Origin: Cyanobacteriota bacterium
GTDB taxonomy: Bacteria > Cyanobacteriota > Cyanobacteriia > Cyanobacteriales > Nostocaceae
Direction: 5' to 3'
DNA length: 64,000 bases
Assembly (NCBI GenBank): GCA_046045965.1
Contig: JBJOKS010000003.1
Location: 64,001 to 128,000 of the forward strand
Under the pieces are notes generated by a model. It ran no database searches. It was not told where the DNA came from and worked only from the letters and a program-made list of their open reading frames with translations. The first letter of the stretch is position 1, and each line of letters starts with the position of its first letter. Shown one piece after another: positions 22,304-32,201 of the stretch. The translations under genes and the position numbers were made by a program.

Positions 22304-23014
22304 ATGAATCCGGTTCTCCAATTTGGCGATCGCATACTGACTGCCCCAGAAGTTCTGCAATTAGTTGGCAAATACCAACTAGTATCGCCATTACTTAAAG
22401 AGGTAGTCATTGATCAAGCGATCGCACAGATTGAGTGTACACCACAAGAAGAGCAACTTGCCTGTGAACAGTTAGCCCAACAATATCAAGGGCGACAAGA
22501 ACAGGGAATAAATTCCGAACAGTTGAATAATCTCGCTATTCGCCAACTAAAACTAGAGAAGTTTAAAGAAGCTTCTTGGGGACAAGATTTAGACTCTTAC
22601 TTTTACCAACGCAAACCCCAATTGGATCGAGTTATATATTCCCTAATTACCACTTCTGATATTGGCATTGCTCAAGAAATCTACTTCCGCATCCAAGAAG
22701 GAGAACAATCTTTTGCTCAACTAGCACGGGAATACGCCCAAGGTCCTGAAGCTCAAACAGATGGCTTAGTCGGTCCTGTAGAATTACAATCTCTGCATCC
22801 CATGTTGACAAAAGTATTATCTATGAGCCAACCACAGCAACTTTCACCACCGACTCAAATAGGAGAATGGATAGTGATTGTTCGATTAGAAAAGCTATTA
22901 CCTGCACAGTTGGATCGCCAAATGCGTCAGCGATTACTGAACGAACGTTTTCAGAGTTGGCTACAAGCACAAGTAGCACCACAAAACTGGCAAATTCAAC
23001 AATCACAAGATTGA
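22304..23014 (+). CDS. PpiC/parvulin-type peptidyl-prolyl isomerase
   Basis: LDRVIYSLI; EIYFRIQEGEQSFAQLAREYAQGPE..T.GLVGP. Confidence 0.88.
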   Translation: MNPVLQFGDRILTAPEVLQLVGKYQLVSPLLKEVVIDQAIAQIECTPQEEQLACEQLAQQYQGRQEQGINSEQLNNLAIRQLKLEKFKEASWGQDLDSYFYQRKPQLDRVIYSLITTSDIGIAQEIYFRIQEGEQSFAQLAREYAQGPEAQTDGLVGPVELQSLHPMLTKVLSMSQPQQLSPPTQIGEWIVIVRLEKLLPAQLDRQMRQRLLNERFQSWLQAQVAPQNWQIQQSQD

Positions 23015-23134
23015 CCGGTTTAGGAAATTTTTCATAGGAGATATGGATTTTTAATAGTATCCCTAAAAACGATATGATGGCAATAATGCAGTAATTGTCT
23101 TAAAACTAATAGTAATTAATTAACTTTCATAAAC

Positions 23135-26100
23135 ATGACTTATAATAATAACTCCTTTGCAGAATTTCTCACCACCGTTGCCGGATTTGACAAATTATCA
23201 ACGGCAGAAATAAACAATTTACTGTCACAACAGCAAGCTTTACGCTACCGAATAGGTCAGAAAATAATTAGTAAAGAAAAACTACCAGACCGCATAGCAA
23301 TTCTTTACGAAGGACGCGTAAGATTATTAGGATATGACCCTCAGACCCAATTGCCAATTACCTTAAAAATACTAGAACCGGGAGCCATAATTGGTGAAAT
23401 CAGTTTGTTGCGGCAGATAGCTTGTGAAACAGCGATCGCATCCACAGAAGTGATATGTTTAACCTTCAGTACAGCAGATTATTTACGTCTGATCTTCCAA
23501 AATCCAGCCTTTGCTAATGTGCGTCAAAATGGTAGTCACATCATAGAAGTATTTGATGTTCTTAGCCCACTGTTAGCCCAACAAGCTAATGCTAGTTTAA
23601 ATATCAAAGAACTCAGTCAACAAGTGTTATCTAGCGCGAAAATCCATCACCTACCACCAGGAAAAACGCCCTTAAACCAACTAGAAAGTGATAGAATCTG
23701 GCTGGTTAGTGGTGGTGGTACTGTAGCTAATTTTCCCCCTGGTTCTCAGCTAGAATCTATCAGTAATAGAGACATTTTAGAAGTAACAGGCAGCAGTCCT
23801 GCACGTTTATTAGGTATCAATCCCGCAGATTTAGTATTCCTAAATCAATATCAAGCAGAAGCAGAACAGACAAATCATCAACAACAAACCACAGATGAAT
23901 TAGACATTCCCTACGCAAAAACAGAGGAAGTTTTTCCCTCACCACCCCAAACACCACAAACCAAACAAAATCACCAAAAATACCCATTTTTTCGCGGACA
24001 AGGGGCAATAAATTCTACCTTGGCTTGTTTCCAAATGCTGTCCAAGCATTTAGAAATACCCTTGCGTAAAGAAGTAGTACGTCGGATTTTAAACGAACAA
24101 ATTAAACGTCAGGGAAATATATCCTTTCCAGCTTGCGCTTATTTAGGAGAATTAATTGGTCTCAAATCCCAATTAATAGATATTCCTGCAACCTCAATTA
24201 CACGCATTCCCACACCTGCACTAATTCAATATCGAGATAGCTATGCTGTCATCTATGCAGTAGAGACAAATACAGTAGTTTTAGCTGTGCCATCAAAAGG
24301 TATCATCACTTGCAAACCTGGCCAACTACTGGAAGAAATAGAAACTGATGAAAGCAATTTGCAACCACAAATTAGGGTATTACTTTTCAGTGCTACCCAA
24401 GAAACACCTCAACAACGCTTTGGTTTAAGCTGGTTTTTACCTTACCTATCACGTTACCGTCGAGTATTAATAGAAGTATTTATAGCTTCCTTTTTCGTCC
24501 AACTGGCAGCTTTAGCAAATCCTTTAGTTATTCAGTTAATCATTGATAAAGTCATCGTTCAAAATAGTATTAGTACCCTAAATATTTTAGGAGTTTTGTT
24601 ATTAGCAGTTGGTGTATTTGAAGCAGTGTTAACTACATTGCGAACTTACTTATTTGTGGATACTACCAACCGCATTGATATGAGTTTAGGGTCACAAATT
24701 ATTGACCACTTACTCCGCTTACCATTACGCTATTTTGAACGCCGACCAGTAGGTGAACTCTCAACTCGAATTAATGAATTGGAGAATATCCGTCAGTTTC
24801 TTACAGGTACAGCTTTAACAGTGGGTTTAGATGCAGTATTCTCGGTGGTTTATATCATCGTCATGCTGTTTTATAGCTGGCAACTGACTGTAGTAGGATT
24901 AGGAACAATTCCGCTATTTGTGGTGATTACATTAATTGCCGCCCCAACAGTTAGCCGACAGTTACGAGCCAAAGCTGAACGCAACGCAGAAACTCAATCT
25001 TATTTAGTTGAGGTGATGTCAGGTATTCAAACAGTAAAAGCGCAAAATATCGAATTGCGATCGCGTTTTTCCTGGCAAGAACGTTATGCTCGGTTTGTCT
25101 CCGCAGGTTTTAAAACAGTCATTACTTCCACTTTAGCTAATTCAACCAGTCAGTTTCTTAACAAACTCAGCAGCTTATTAGTTTTGTGGGTAGGAGCTTA
25201 TTTAGTATTAAAACAAGAGTTAACTTTAGGGGAATTAATCGCCTTTAGAATTATCTCCAGTTACGTTACTAGTCCCATCTTGCGTTTAGCACAAATCTGG
25301 CAGAACTTCCAAGAAACCGGCTTATCTTTAGAGCGATTAAGCGACATTGTTGATACACCCCAAGAAGCAGAAGCAGACAGAGATAACATTCCCTTACCCG
25401 CCATATCTGGTGCAGTCAAATATGAAAATGTTTCCTTCCGATTTGCCCCTAGTGGACCACTGCAACTCAACAATGTCAGTCTTGATTTTCCGGCTGGTAA
25501 ATTTGTGGGTATTGTCGGACAAAGTGGTTCAGGTAAAAGCACAATGATGAAATTACTGCTCAGACTTTATAATGTTGAGTCTGGTAGAATTTTGATTGAT
25601 GGATATGACATCAGCAAAGTAGAACTTTATTCTGTGCGTAGACAAATTGGTGTCGTTCCCCAAGATCCACTTTTGTTTGATGGCACAGTTCAGGAAAACA
25701 TTGCATTGACAAATCCTGATGCGACAACAGAAGAAATTATTGAAGCTGCGCGAGTTGCTGTCGCTCACGAATTTATCATGAACCTGCCTAATGGTTATAA
25801 CACCAGAGTCGGTGAAAGAGGTTCAGCCCTTTCTGGAGGACAAAGACAAAGAATAGCGATCGCTCGTTCTATTTTACAAAAACCCAAATTATTAGTCTTG
25901 GACGAAGCCACCAGCGCCTTAGATTATCCCACAGAAAGACAAATATGTCTCAATTTAGCTAGAGCATTTCAAGGAACAACCGTCTTCTTTATTACTCACC
26001 GTCTCAATACCGTGAGTAATGCTAATACAATTGTTGTCATGGATGGTGGTCGAGTGATAGAACAAGGTAGCCATCAAGAATTAATGACTGCTAAAGGTCA

Positions 26101-26140
26101 TTATTTCTACCTCTATCAACAACAAGAAGTTAATTTGTAA
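23135..26140 (+). CDS. Type I secretion ABC transporter (HlyB family; cNMP-binding, C39-like, TMD, NBD)
   Basis: N-terminal cNMP-like domain; GQSGSGKS, LSGGQRQRIAIAR, LDEATSALD. Confidence 0.95.
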   Translation: MTYNNNSFAEFLTTVAGFDKLSTAEINNLLSQQQALRYRIGQKIISKEKLPDRIAILYEGRVRLLGYDPQTQLPITLKILEPGAIIGEISLLRQIACETAIASTEVICLTFSTADYLRLIFQNPAFANVRQNGSHIIEVFDVLSPLLAQQANASLNIKELSQQVLSSAKIHHLPPGKTPLNQLESDRIWLVSGGGTVANFPPGSQLESISNRDILEVTGSSPARLLGINPADLVFLNQYQAEAEQTNHQQQTTDELDIPYAKTEEVFPSPPQTPQTKQNHQKYPFFRGQGAINSTLACFQMLSKHLEIPLRKEVVRRILNEQIKRQGNISFPACAYLGELIGLKSQLIDIPATSITRIPTPALIQYRDSYAVIYAVETNTVVLAVPSKGIITCKPGQLLEEIETDESNLQPQIRVLLFSATQETPQQRFGLSWFLPYLSRYRRVLIEVFIASFFVQLAALANPLVIQLIIDKVIVQNSISTLNILGVLLLAVGVFEAVLTTLRTYLFVDTTNRIDMSLGSQIIDHLLRLPLRYFERRPVGELSTRINELENIRQFLTGTALTVGLDAVFSVVYIIVMLFYSWQLTVVGLGTIPLFVVITLIAAPTVSRQLRAKAERNAETQSYLVEVMSGIQTVKAQNIELRSRFSWQERYARFVSAGFKTVITSTLANSTSQFLNKLSSLLVLWVGAYLVLKQELTLGELIAFRIISSYVTSPILRLAQIWQNFQETGLSLERLSDIVDTPQEAEADRDNIPLPAISGAVKYENVSFRFAPSGPLQLNNVSLDFPAGKFVGIVGQSGSGKSTMMKLLLRLYNVESGRILIDGYDISKVELYSVRRQIGVVPQDPLLFDGTVQENIALTNPDATTEEIIEAARVAVAHEFIMNLPNGYNTRVGERGSALSGGQRQRIAIARSILQKPKLLVLDEATSALDYPTERQICLNLARAFQGTTVFFITHRLNTVSNANTIVVMDGGRVIEQGSHQELMTAKGHYFYLYQQQEVNL

Positions 26141-26249
26141 TTAATCACTGGTAAGTTGTCAGTGGATTAAACTAATTCATACTTGATAACTGACAACAGA
26201 TAATAAATCTGATATTCACCGAATCTTCAAATCCTGATCTAAAATTGTT

Positions 26250-27809
26250 ATGACTCAAACTAATGGTAATCAAATCAACGGTAACGCAAAAAAACAAAAT
26301 CTAGAATTACTGACACCTACAAAAAAGGCTAAGACAGATTCTTTAACTAATGCCTATCAAGATAGTTTTGAACAATCTATAGTCTTACGTCAATCACCAG
26401 TTTGGTCACGCACCATCATGATCACTCTGATGGTTGTAGCTTGTTTTGGAGTTGGTTGGGCTTATTTTGCCAAAATTGAACAAGTAGTACCCGCAGCAGG
26501 TCAATTAAAACCAGAAGGAACTGTCAAAGAAGTACAAGCTCCTATTAGTGGTGTTGTCAAAGCTGTTTATGTCAAAGATGGACAAGAAGTAAAAGCAGGG
26601 GACTTACTCTTAACATTTGAATCTGTTGCTACCCTCGCTGAATTAAGTTCCTTAAATAAAATTCGCGTTGCTTTAACCAGGGAAAATGATATTTATCGTC
26701 GCTTGATGGGAGCAAGCACAGGTATCACATCAGAATTGGATTTTTTACGTGGTAACTTACCAGCAGAAACAGCTTTTCTCCTCAAAAATCGAGCATCATT
26801 AGTATCAGAAAATGAACTACTGCGTTCTCAATTAAGAAACACAACACCAGATGCTGGTGAAGGAATTGATGAACAACAACTGCTCATAGCTGCTAAAACA
26901 GAATTAGATTCCCGCTCCGCTGCTGCTCAATTAGAAGTTGAAAAAATTAGAAAACAATTATCTCAAACAATATTAAGAAGGAAAGATACTCAAAATAGTT
27001 TAGCTATTCAAGATGGGATTTTAGATAAACTCCAAACATTAGCACAAGAAGGGGGAATTTCCCAACTACAATATCTTAACCAGAAACAACAAGTACAAAC
27101 TCTCCAAGCAGAAATAGATCAATTAATAGAGGAAGAAAAACGCCTCCAATTTGATATTGAGAGAGGACAGCAGCAAGTAACGAATACAGTAGCAGTTACT
27201 GATAAAAATGTTTTGGATCAGATAGCTAACAACAAAAAGCGAATTGCGGAAATTGATAGCCAATTCATGAGGATTATTCTGGAAAATGAGCAGAGATTGG
27301 CAGATATTAACAGTAGAATTTCTCAAGCACAATTAAATGTGAGATATCAAGAACTCCGCGCTCCTGTAGCGGGGATAATATTTGATATGCAAGCCAAGAA
27401 TGCGGGTTTTGTAGCCAACCCCACACAAAAATTATTGCAGATTGTACCTAATGATAAATATGTAGCTGAGGTATTTATCACCAATCAAGATATTGGGTTT
27501 GTACAGAAAGGTATGAAAGTAGATGTGAGAATTGATTCCTTTCCTTTTAGTCAGTTTGGAGATATTAAAGGTGAGGTAATTGATATTGGTTCAGATGCTT
27601 TACCACCTGATCAGATTCATCAATTTTATCGTTTTCCAGCTAGAGTCAGTTTAGAGAAACAAAGCATAGTAGCTCAAGGTAGAAGCATTCCTTTACAGTC
27701 TGGGATGTCTATTACTGCTAATATTAAGGTGCGTGAGGAACGCAGTGTATTGAGTTTGTTTACGGAGATGTTTACCAAGCAGGTTGATAGTTTGAAAGAG
27801 GTGAGGTAA
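26250..27809 (+). CDS. HlyD family membrane fusion protein
   Basis: TM segment, KEVQAPISGVV..V.VKDG, coiled coil, LRAPVAG, DIGFV, FPFSQFG. Confidence 0.95.
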   Translation: MTQTNGNQINGNAKKQNLELLTPTKKAKTDSLTNAYQDSFEQSIVLRQSPVWSRTIMITLMVVACFGVGWAYFAKIEQVVPAAGQLKPEGTVKEVQAPISGVVKAVYVKDGQEVKAGDLLLTFESVATLAELSSLNKIRVALTRENDIYRRLMGASTGITSELDFLRGNLPAETAFLLKNRASLVSENELLRSQLRNTTPDAGEGIDEQQLLIAAKTELDSRSAAAQLEVEKIRKQLSQTILRRKDTQNSLAIQDGILDKLQTLAQEGGISQLQYLNQKQQVQTLQAEIDQLIEEEKRLQFDIERGQQQVTNTVAVTDKNVLDQIANNKKRIAEIDSQFMRIILENEQRLADINSRISQAQLNVRYQELRAPVAGIIFDMQAKNAGFVANPTQKLLQIVPNDKYVAEVFITNQDIGFVQKGMKVDVRIDSFPFSQFGDIKGEVIDIGSDALPPDQIHQFYRFPARVSLEKQSIVAQGRSIPLQSGMSITANIKVREERSVLSLFTEMFTKQVDSLKEVR

Positions 27810-27822
27810 AAAGATAAAATGC

Positions 27823-27852
27823 AAAAGGTAAAGGTTAAAATTTGCCTTTTGC
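27823..27852. terminator. Probable bidirectional terminator between hlyD and the TGT-like gene
   Basis: AAAAGGTAAA...TTTGCCTTTT hairpin between convergent genes. Confidence 0.5.
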
Positions 27853-27934
27853 TTTGTTTAAAGGATGTTATTGTAGTTTGGATATTATAGTGATCGCACT
27901 TAATAAATCACTACAATCATCAAATTTTATTTGA

Positions 27935-28981
27935 TTAATTAGATATTTGTAATAATTTTAATTCCTCAATTAATTCTTTAATTAAAGGTCGGTAAATAGT
28001 ATTATCTAAATGTTCTTGATACCAAATTTCATAATCTCCTAATACTTTTAAATGCAATTCAATTTGTCTAGCTTCTTCTAGTAATACCCATAAATTATGG
28101 GTGGCTCGATTATAAAAACCAATTCCTCCACTCATTTTCAGACCTTCTAAACCATATTGTTTGCACGCTGGACATTGACATTTGTTAAGCTTTTTTTCTT
28201 CTTCTTCACTAATTTTTCTACCTCGCCAATTTCCTAATTCAGCAACTATGCGATCACCTGTTCCTGGTAGTTGAATTATTCCCCTAGCTGCACGATTTCG
28301 CCAACCACTAGAATCAACTGAATTAATACCTAGTAAGGCTGCTATATGTAAAGTTGCTGTTCCTCCAATGCCAAAAATATGTAGTTTTTTATTAGGAAAT
28401 TGTTGATGGAAATGAATTAAGTTATCTATAATTTTTTTATGCGGAATAGCTTTAGATGCACGTAATAAATTAGGAACAATTCCACCTAATGCTATATATG
28501 GCTTTTGAGATAAAGTTTGGCTGTTAACTATTTGTTCTATATATTCTTCTAAAAAATTACTAATATGAACTACTGGAACATAATCACCTTGATCATAACG
28601 AAAGTTCATATTCATGGTTTTTTTAAAACATAGTTCCTGTTCCTTTAAGGTCATTTTAGGAATGGGAATAAAATCTTGAGGAATAGGATACCAGTCTGGT
28701 TTTGCTTCTTTAATAAATTCTGCATATTCTTCTACAGGGACTTCTTGATTGTTTTTAACAAAGGAAAAAGCACCATTATCAAGATAAAATTTTACATTTT
28801 TAGGAACTCCTAAATATTCATGTAAACCTTGTTCCATTGCTTTTTTTCTTTGACTAGGCATTTTATGAAAATCAGCGTAGGAAACCATCACTGCTTGCAG
28901 GTCTTTGAGGTAATACGGTGATGTGGAGTCCCAAACACGGGGTTTTATTCCTTTTAGTCCAAAACCAGCGACTATTTGCAC
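27935..28981 (-). CDS. tRNA-guanine transglycosylase-fold protein (archaeal TGT/DpdA-like base-exchange enzyme)
   Basis: GLHEYLG, YLDNGAFS (DSGG-equivalent Asp), PQD, IALGG, LHIFGIG, SVDSSGW (nucleophile Asp), CQCPAC-x21-HNL zinc site; GTG start. Confidence 0.82.
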   Translation of the reverse strand: MQIVAGFGLKGIKPRVWDSTSPYYLKDLQAVMVSYADFHKMPSQRKKAMEQGLHEYLGVPKNVKFYLDNGAFSFVKNNQEVPVEEYAEFIKEAKPDWYPIPQDFIPIPKMTLKEQELCFKKTMNMNFRYDQGDYVPVVHISNFLEEYIEQIVNSQTLSQKPYIALGGIVPNLLRASKAIPHKKIIDNLIHFHQQFPNKKLHIFGIGGTATLHIAALLGINSVDSSGWRNRAARGIIQLPGTGDRIVAELGNWRGRKISEEEEKKLNKCQCPACKQYGLEGLKMSGGIGFYNRATHNLWVLLEEARQIELHLKVLGDYEIWYQEHLDNTIYRPLIKELIEELKLLQISN

Positions 28982-28987
28982 TACTTT

Positions 28988-30643
28988 TTAAACAATTTTT
29001 TGAATAAATGACTGATATTTAGATAATAGTTTTTGTTTGACATTTTGAGTCAACCACTTACCTACATCTTTAGAATATTTATGAGATTGTTGTGTAACAG
29101 ATGGTATTAAGTAAGTGATAGGATCATCACTCATAAAAGAATGATCTTCATCAACTTCAAAACTACAGTATTTAATAGCTGTTAATATCTTAGCAGATAT
29201 TGATTCAACATTATGACTATTTTCTGAGAAAAATTCATAACGTGGTAATAATTTCTTAGGACTTTTAGAATGTCCAATAAAAAACATATAAGTATGAAAT
29301 TTTTCGCATAAATCTTTGTAAGGTTCTATGTCAATACGACTTCTTTCATCTTCAATTCTTTGACGATACCTGTTAAAATACGATTCATCTAATGCTTTTA
29401 AATTAGCCTTTTCATTTAATGTTGCTCTGGTTGTAAATGACCTACGAATTAAACAAGTACACATAGCTTTTTTCAACCCATTTTCAAAACAATCTGGAGA
29501 GGATAACAGTAAAGTCATTGCTTGCCCATCAGTTAAAGTATAATTTCCTGTTTCCCAATTTTCATCTATGTATTTTGCGATATACCAATCTAAAACAGAA
29601 CTATATACTTTTAATCGAACATTTTTAGAAACTCCACAATAAATTCGATTAAAATCCCTTGCTGAGTTTATACACTCTCTCAGTGCTTGAATAGCTTTTC
29701 TGGTAAATTCACCTCGCCTATTATCAATGATATAATTATCTAAATAAGCATCTTGTGGAAACAAACTACCATCTCTAAGTATAATATCAGGGCAATCTTT
29801 ACCAGCGTTTAGTAAATATTCGTGGTCAAAAACATATTGGCCTACATCCATAGCTGAAGCGGTACAACGATGAAAATCTTCTGGTTCTAACTCATCTTGA
29901 TAAGATGGATCTATTAGCATCCATTGAAGTAAATCTTGAGTAGGTTCTGGATTAAATCTACCTTGATCAAATATAGCCTTACCATTATTTACTCTAACAA
30001 TTGCACCCGCAGCATTGTTTAATAAAAAAGGTACAGTCCGATTAAAAAAACGAGCAGGATAAGGAACTGAACTACGATGTTGACTTACGTCTGAAGAACC
30101 TATTAGAAAATTACCATTATTCCATAAACTATCATCACTTTCAATTGAATTGAGAAAATATTTTCCAACAATATGAGTAGCAAGGTGTTGTGTAATTAAT
30201 TCTTCATTTAATTCAACTTTCCACTTACGACTTCCTTTCGCTGGAGGAGTAATATTAACTTGTTCTTTTGTCATTCCAAAGCCACGAATAGCAACTTGTT
30301 TAAGTAATTTAGCTAACCGTTCTGACTGATTTGAATTTTCCTGTATTTCTTCTTTCAAATCCTGAAAAAATTCAAAATATAATTCTCTTGGATCTTTTTG
30401 TGATAGATGTTCTCTTGCCTTTTGAATAGTAGTTTCCCATTGATCTTGAGCTTTAACTAATTTGCTCATATATTCAACGGTTTCTTCCAATGGATCGTGA
30501 TTTTTTAGAGTATCATAACTATTAATTTGTTCACGCTCTAAAACTTGATAGTTTGAGTTTGCTTCACTTAAAATCTCATCAAAATTCATTTCTAATTGAA
30601 TATAATTGGAGTTAACATTACTAGATTTGTGCTTACGAGGCAT
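28988..30643 (-). CDS. NurA-like nuclease with N-terminal helical extension
   Basis: IGSSDVS, IILRDGSLFP, YCGVSK, PRYEF, IPSVTQQSHKYS correspond to NurA motifs; directly downstream of HerA. Confidence 0.72.
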   Translation of the reverse strand: MPRKHKSSNVNSNYIQLEMNFDEILSEANSNYQVLEREQINSYDTLKNHDPLEETVEYMSKLVKAQDQWETTIQKAREHLSQKDPRELYFEFFQDLKEEIQENSNQSERLAKLLKQVAIRGFGMTKEQVNITPPAKGSRKWKVELNEELITQHLATHIVGKYFLNSIESDDSLWNNGNFLIGSSDVSQHRSSVPYPARFFNRTVPFLLNNAAGAIVRVNNGKAIFDQGRFNPEPTQDLLQWMLIDPSYQDELEPEDFHRCTASAMDVGQYVFDHEYLLNAGKDCPDIILRDGSLFPQDAYLDNYIIDNRRGEFTRKAIQALRECINSARDFNRIYCGVSKNVRLKVYSSVLDWYIAKYIDENWETGNYTLTDGQAMTLLLSSPDCFENGLKKAMCTCLIRRSFTTRATLNEKANLKALDESYFNRYRQRIEDERSRIDIEPYKDLCEKFHTYMFFIGHSKSPKKLLPRYEFFSENSHNVESISAKILTAIKYCSFEVDEDHSFMSDDPITYLIPSVTQQSHKYSKDVGKWLTQNVKQKLLSKYQSFIQKIV

Positions 30644-30644
30644 T

Positions 30645-32186
30645 TTACTTATCCTTTTCTTTTAATTCACCAATTTTAGTAATCCAAGTATCTTGCATTT
30701 CTTGGAAAATATCGGGAGTTTTCCCACCTTCTGAATCTTCAGTATTACGTTTTCTAATTTTGACTGGAATTGTATGTTTAATACTTTCATAAGTTCCAGA
30801 AATTAAACAAGTTCCCTGTGGCATTTTAGGTAAAGCTCGTAACATTTCATCAGTTGCATCTGCTTTTACACCCTTAATAGCATCTAGCTGATCTGGCTCT
30901 AAAGCAAAAACTAATCGAGTATTGCATTGACGAATCACACTTTTATCAATATCAACAGGACTCTGTGTCATTAAAACCATACAAATTCCATGATGTCTTC
31001 CTATTCTGACTCCTTCTCGAATAATTTGTTTACAAGGACTACCTTCTCCCTGTGGAACAAATAAATGGGCTTCATCAACTACAGCTACATAAGGAGGTAT
31101 ATGACCTTTTAATCTCAAATTTTGTAGCTCTCTTAAAACTGCTGTTGCTATAGATTGAAGTTGTTTTGAAGTTAAATTTTTACAATTAATAGATAAACAG
31201 GGATATATGAGTTTTCGCCAGTCGGCAACACCATCTCCAAAAATTTTATACCCTTCTATACTTTTTTTTAACCTTCTTTCAACTGTGTCAATCACTCTTG
31301 GTAATTCTGCTTTTTTCGCTACATATTGTTCTGATATTTCTGGAATTTTATCTATCATATCTTTCAATCTAAATTTTGGAATATCATCATTTTGTAAATT
31401 AGTTTGTAAGTCTCCAAAAACTTTACTGACGATATCACGTTGTAAATCACTGTTTTTCATGGCAGATGGTAATAACTCTAAAAGTTCTGATTCAGTTAAT
31501 GATGAAATACGAATACTAAAATCCTTACCTGGTTCAACAACTTGACCACCATTTTTAATAACAAAATCTGAATACTCATCCTGAGTATCAATAAAAACAA
31601 CTGGTAAATTATGTTTAATTAACTCTTCTGCAACAACTCCCATTGCATAACTTTTACCGCTTCCAGTTGTTCCACAAATAAAGAAATGTCTTTGAATTGC
31701 TTGTTTTTTAAGAATAATATTTGTTTCAACACCTCCTACCGTTTTACCTAAAAATAAACCTTTTGATTTTTCTGTATCTATTCCTAAAACACGAACTACT
31801 TCACCAGAATCAGCGATAAAAACTTCAGAACCCGAATTAGGTAAATTTTGAGGTGATCTAATTTCTTTACCAATAAGTTCTTCTATTAAATCAGCTTCAA
31901 CTAACCGATAAATATCTGTACTATGTTCCTCTGACATAGATGGAATAGGAAGTCCTAGATTATCACTAACAGTTACACCAGCTACACTTTTATTTGGGTT
32001 ATTTTCATAACCACTCCGAATACGTCCAATTAAAATAGTTTTTTCTCCTTCTCTGGAAACATTCATTTTTACCAATGTGCCAGGTTTGACATCTTTTCCC
32101 GCTTTTAATTTAATACGTACTGTTTCAAAAGTTGGTGTTTCCTCATCAGAAATTACAGTACCTATCGGATATTTTTTACCACTCAT
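30645..32186 (-). CDS. HerA/FtsK-family ATPase (HAS barrel plus DUF87)
   Basis: N-terminal beta-rich HAS-like domain; RHFFICGTTGSGKS; FIDTQDEY; VVDEAHLFVP; REGVRIGRHHG..TQSP..IDKSVIRQCNT. Confidence 0.92.
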   Translation of the reverse strand: MSGKKYPIGTVISDEETPTFETVRIKLKAGKDVKPGTLVKMNVSREGEKTILIGRIRSGYENNPNKSVAGVTVSDNLGLPIPSMSEEHSTDIYRLVEADLIEELIGKEIRSPQNLPNSGSEVFIADSGEVVRVLGIDTEKSKGLFLGKTVGGVETNIILKKQAIQRHFFICGTTGSGKSYAMGVVAEELIKHNLPVVFIDTQDEYSDFVIKNGGQVVEPGKDFSIRISSLTESELLELLPSAMKNSDLQRDIVSKVFGDLQTNLQNDDIPKFRLKDMIDKIPEISEQYVAKKAELPRVIDTVERRLKKSIEGYKIFGDGVADWRKLIYPCLSINCKNLTSKQLQSIATAVLRELQNLRLKGHIPPYVAVVDEAHLFVPQGEGSPCKQIIREGVRIGRHHGICMVLMTQSPVDIDKSVIRQCNTRLVFALEPDQLDAIKGVKADATDEMLRALPKMPQGTCLISGTYESIKHTIPVKIRKRNTEDSEGGKTPDIFQEMQDTWITKIGELKEKDK

Positions 32187-32201
32187 TAAATAACTCCTTT
32201 T

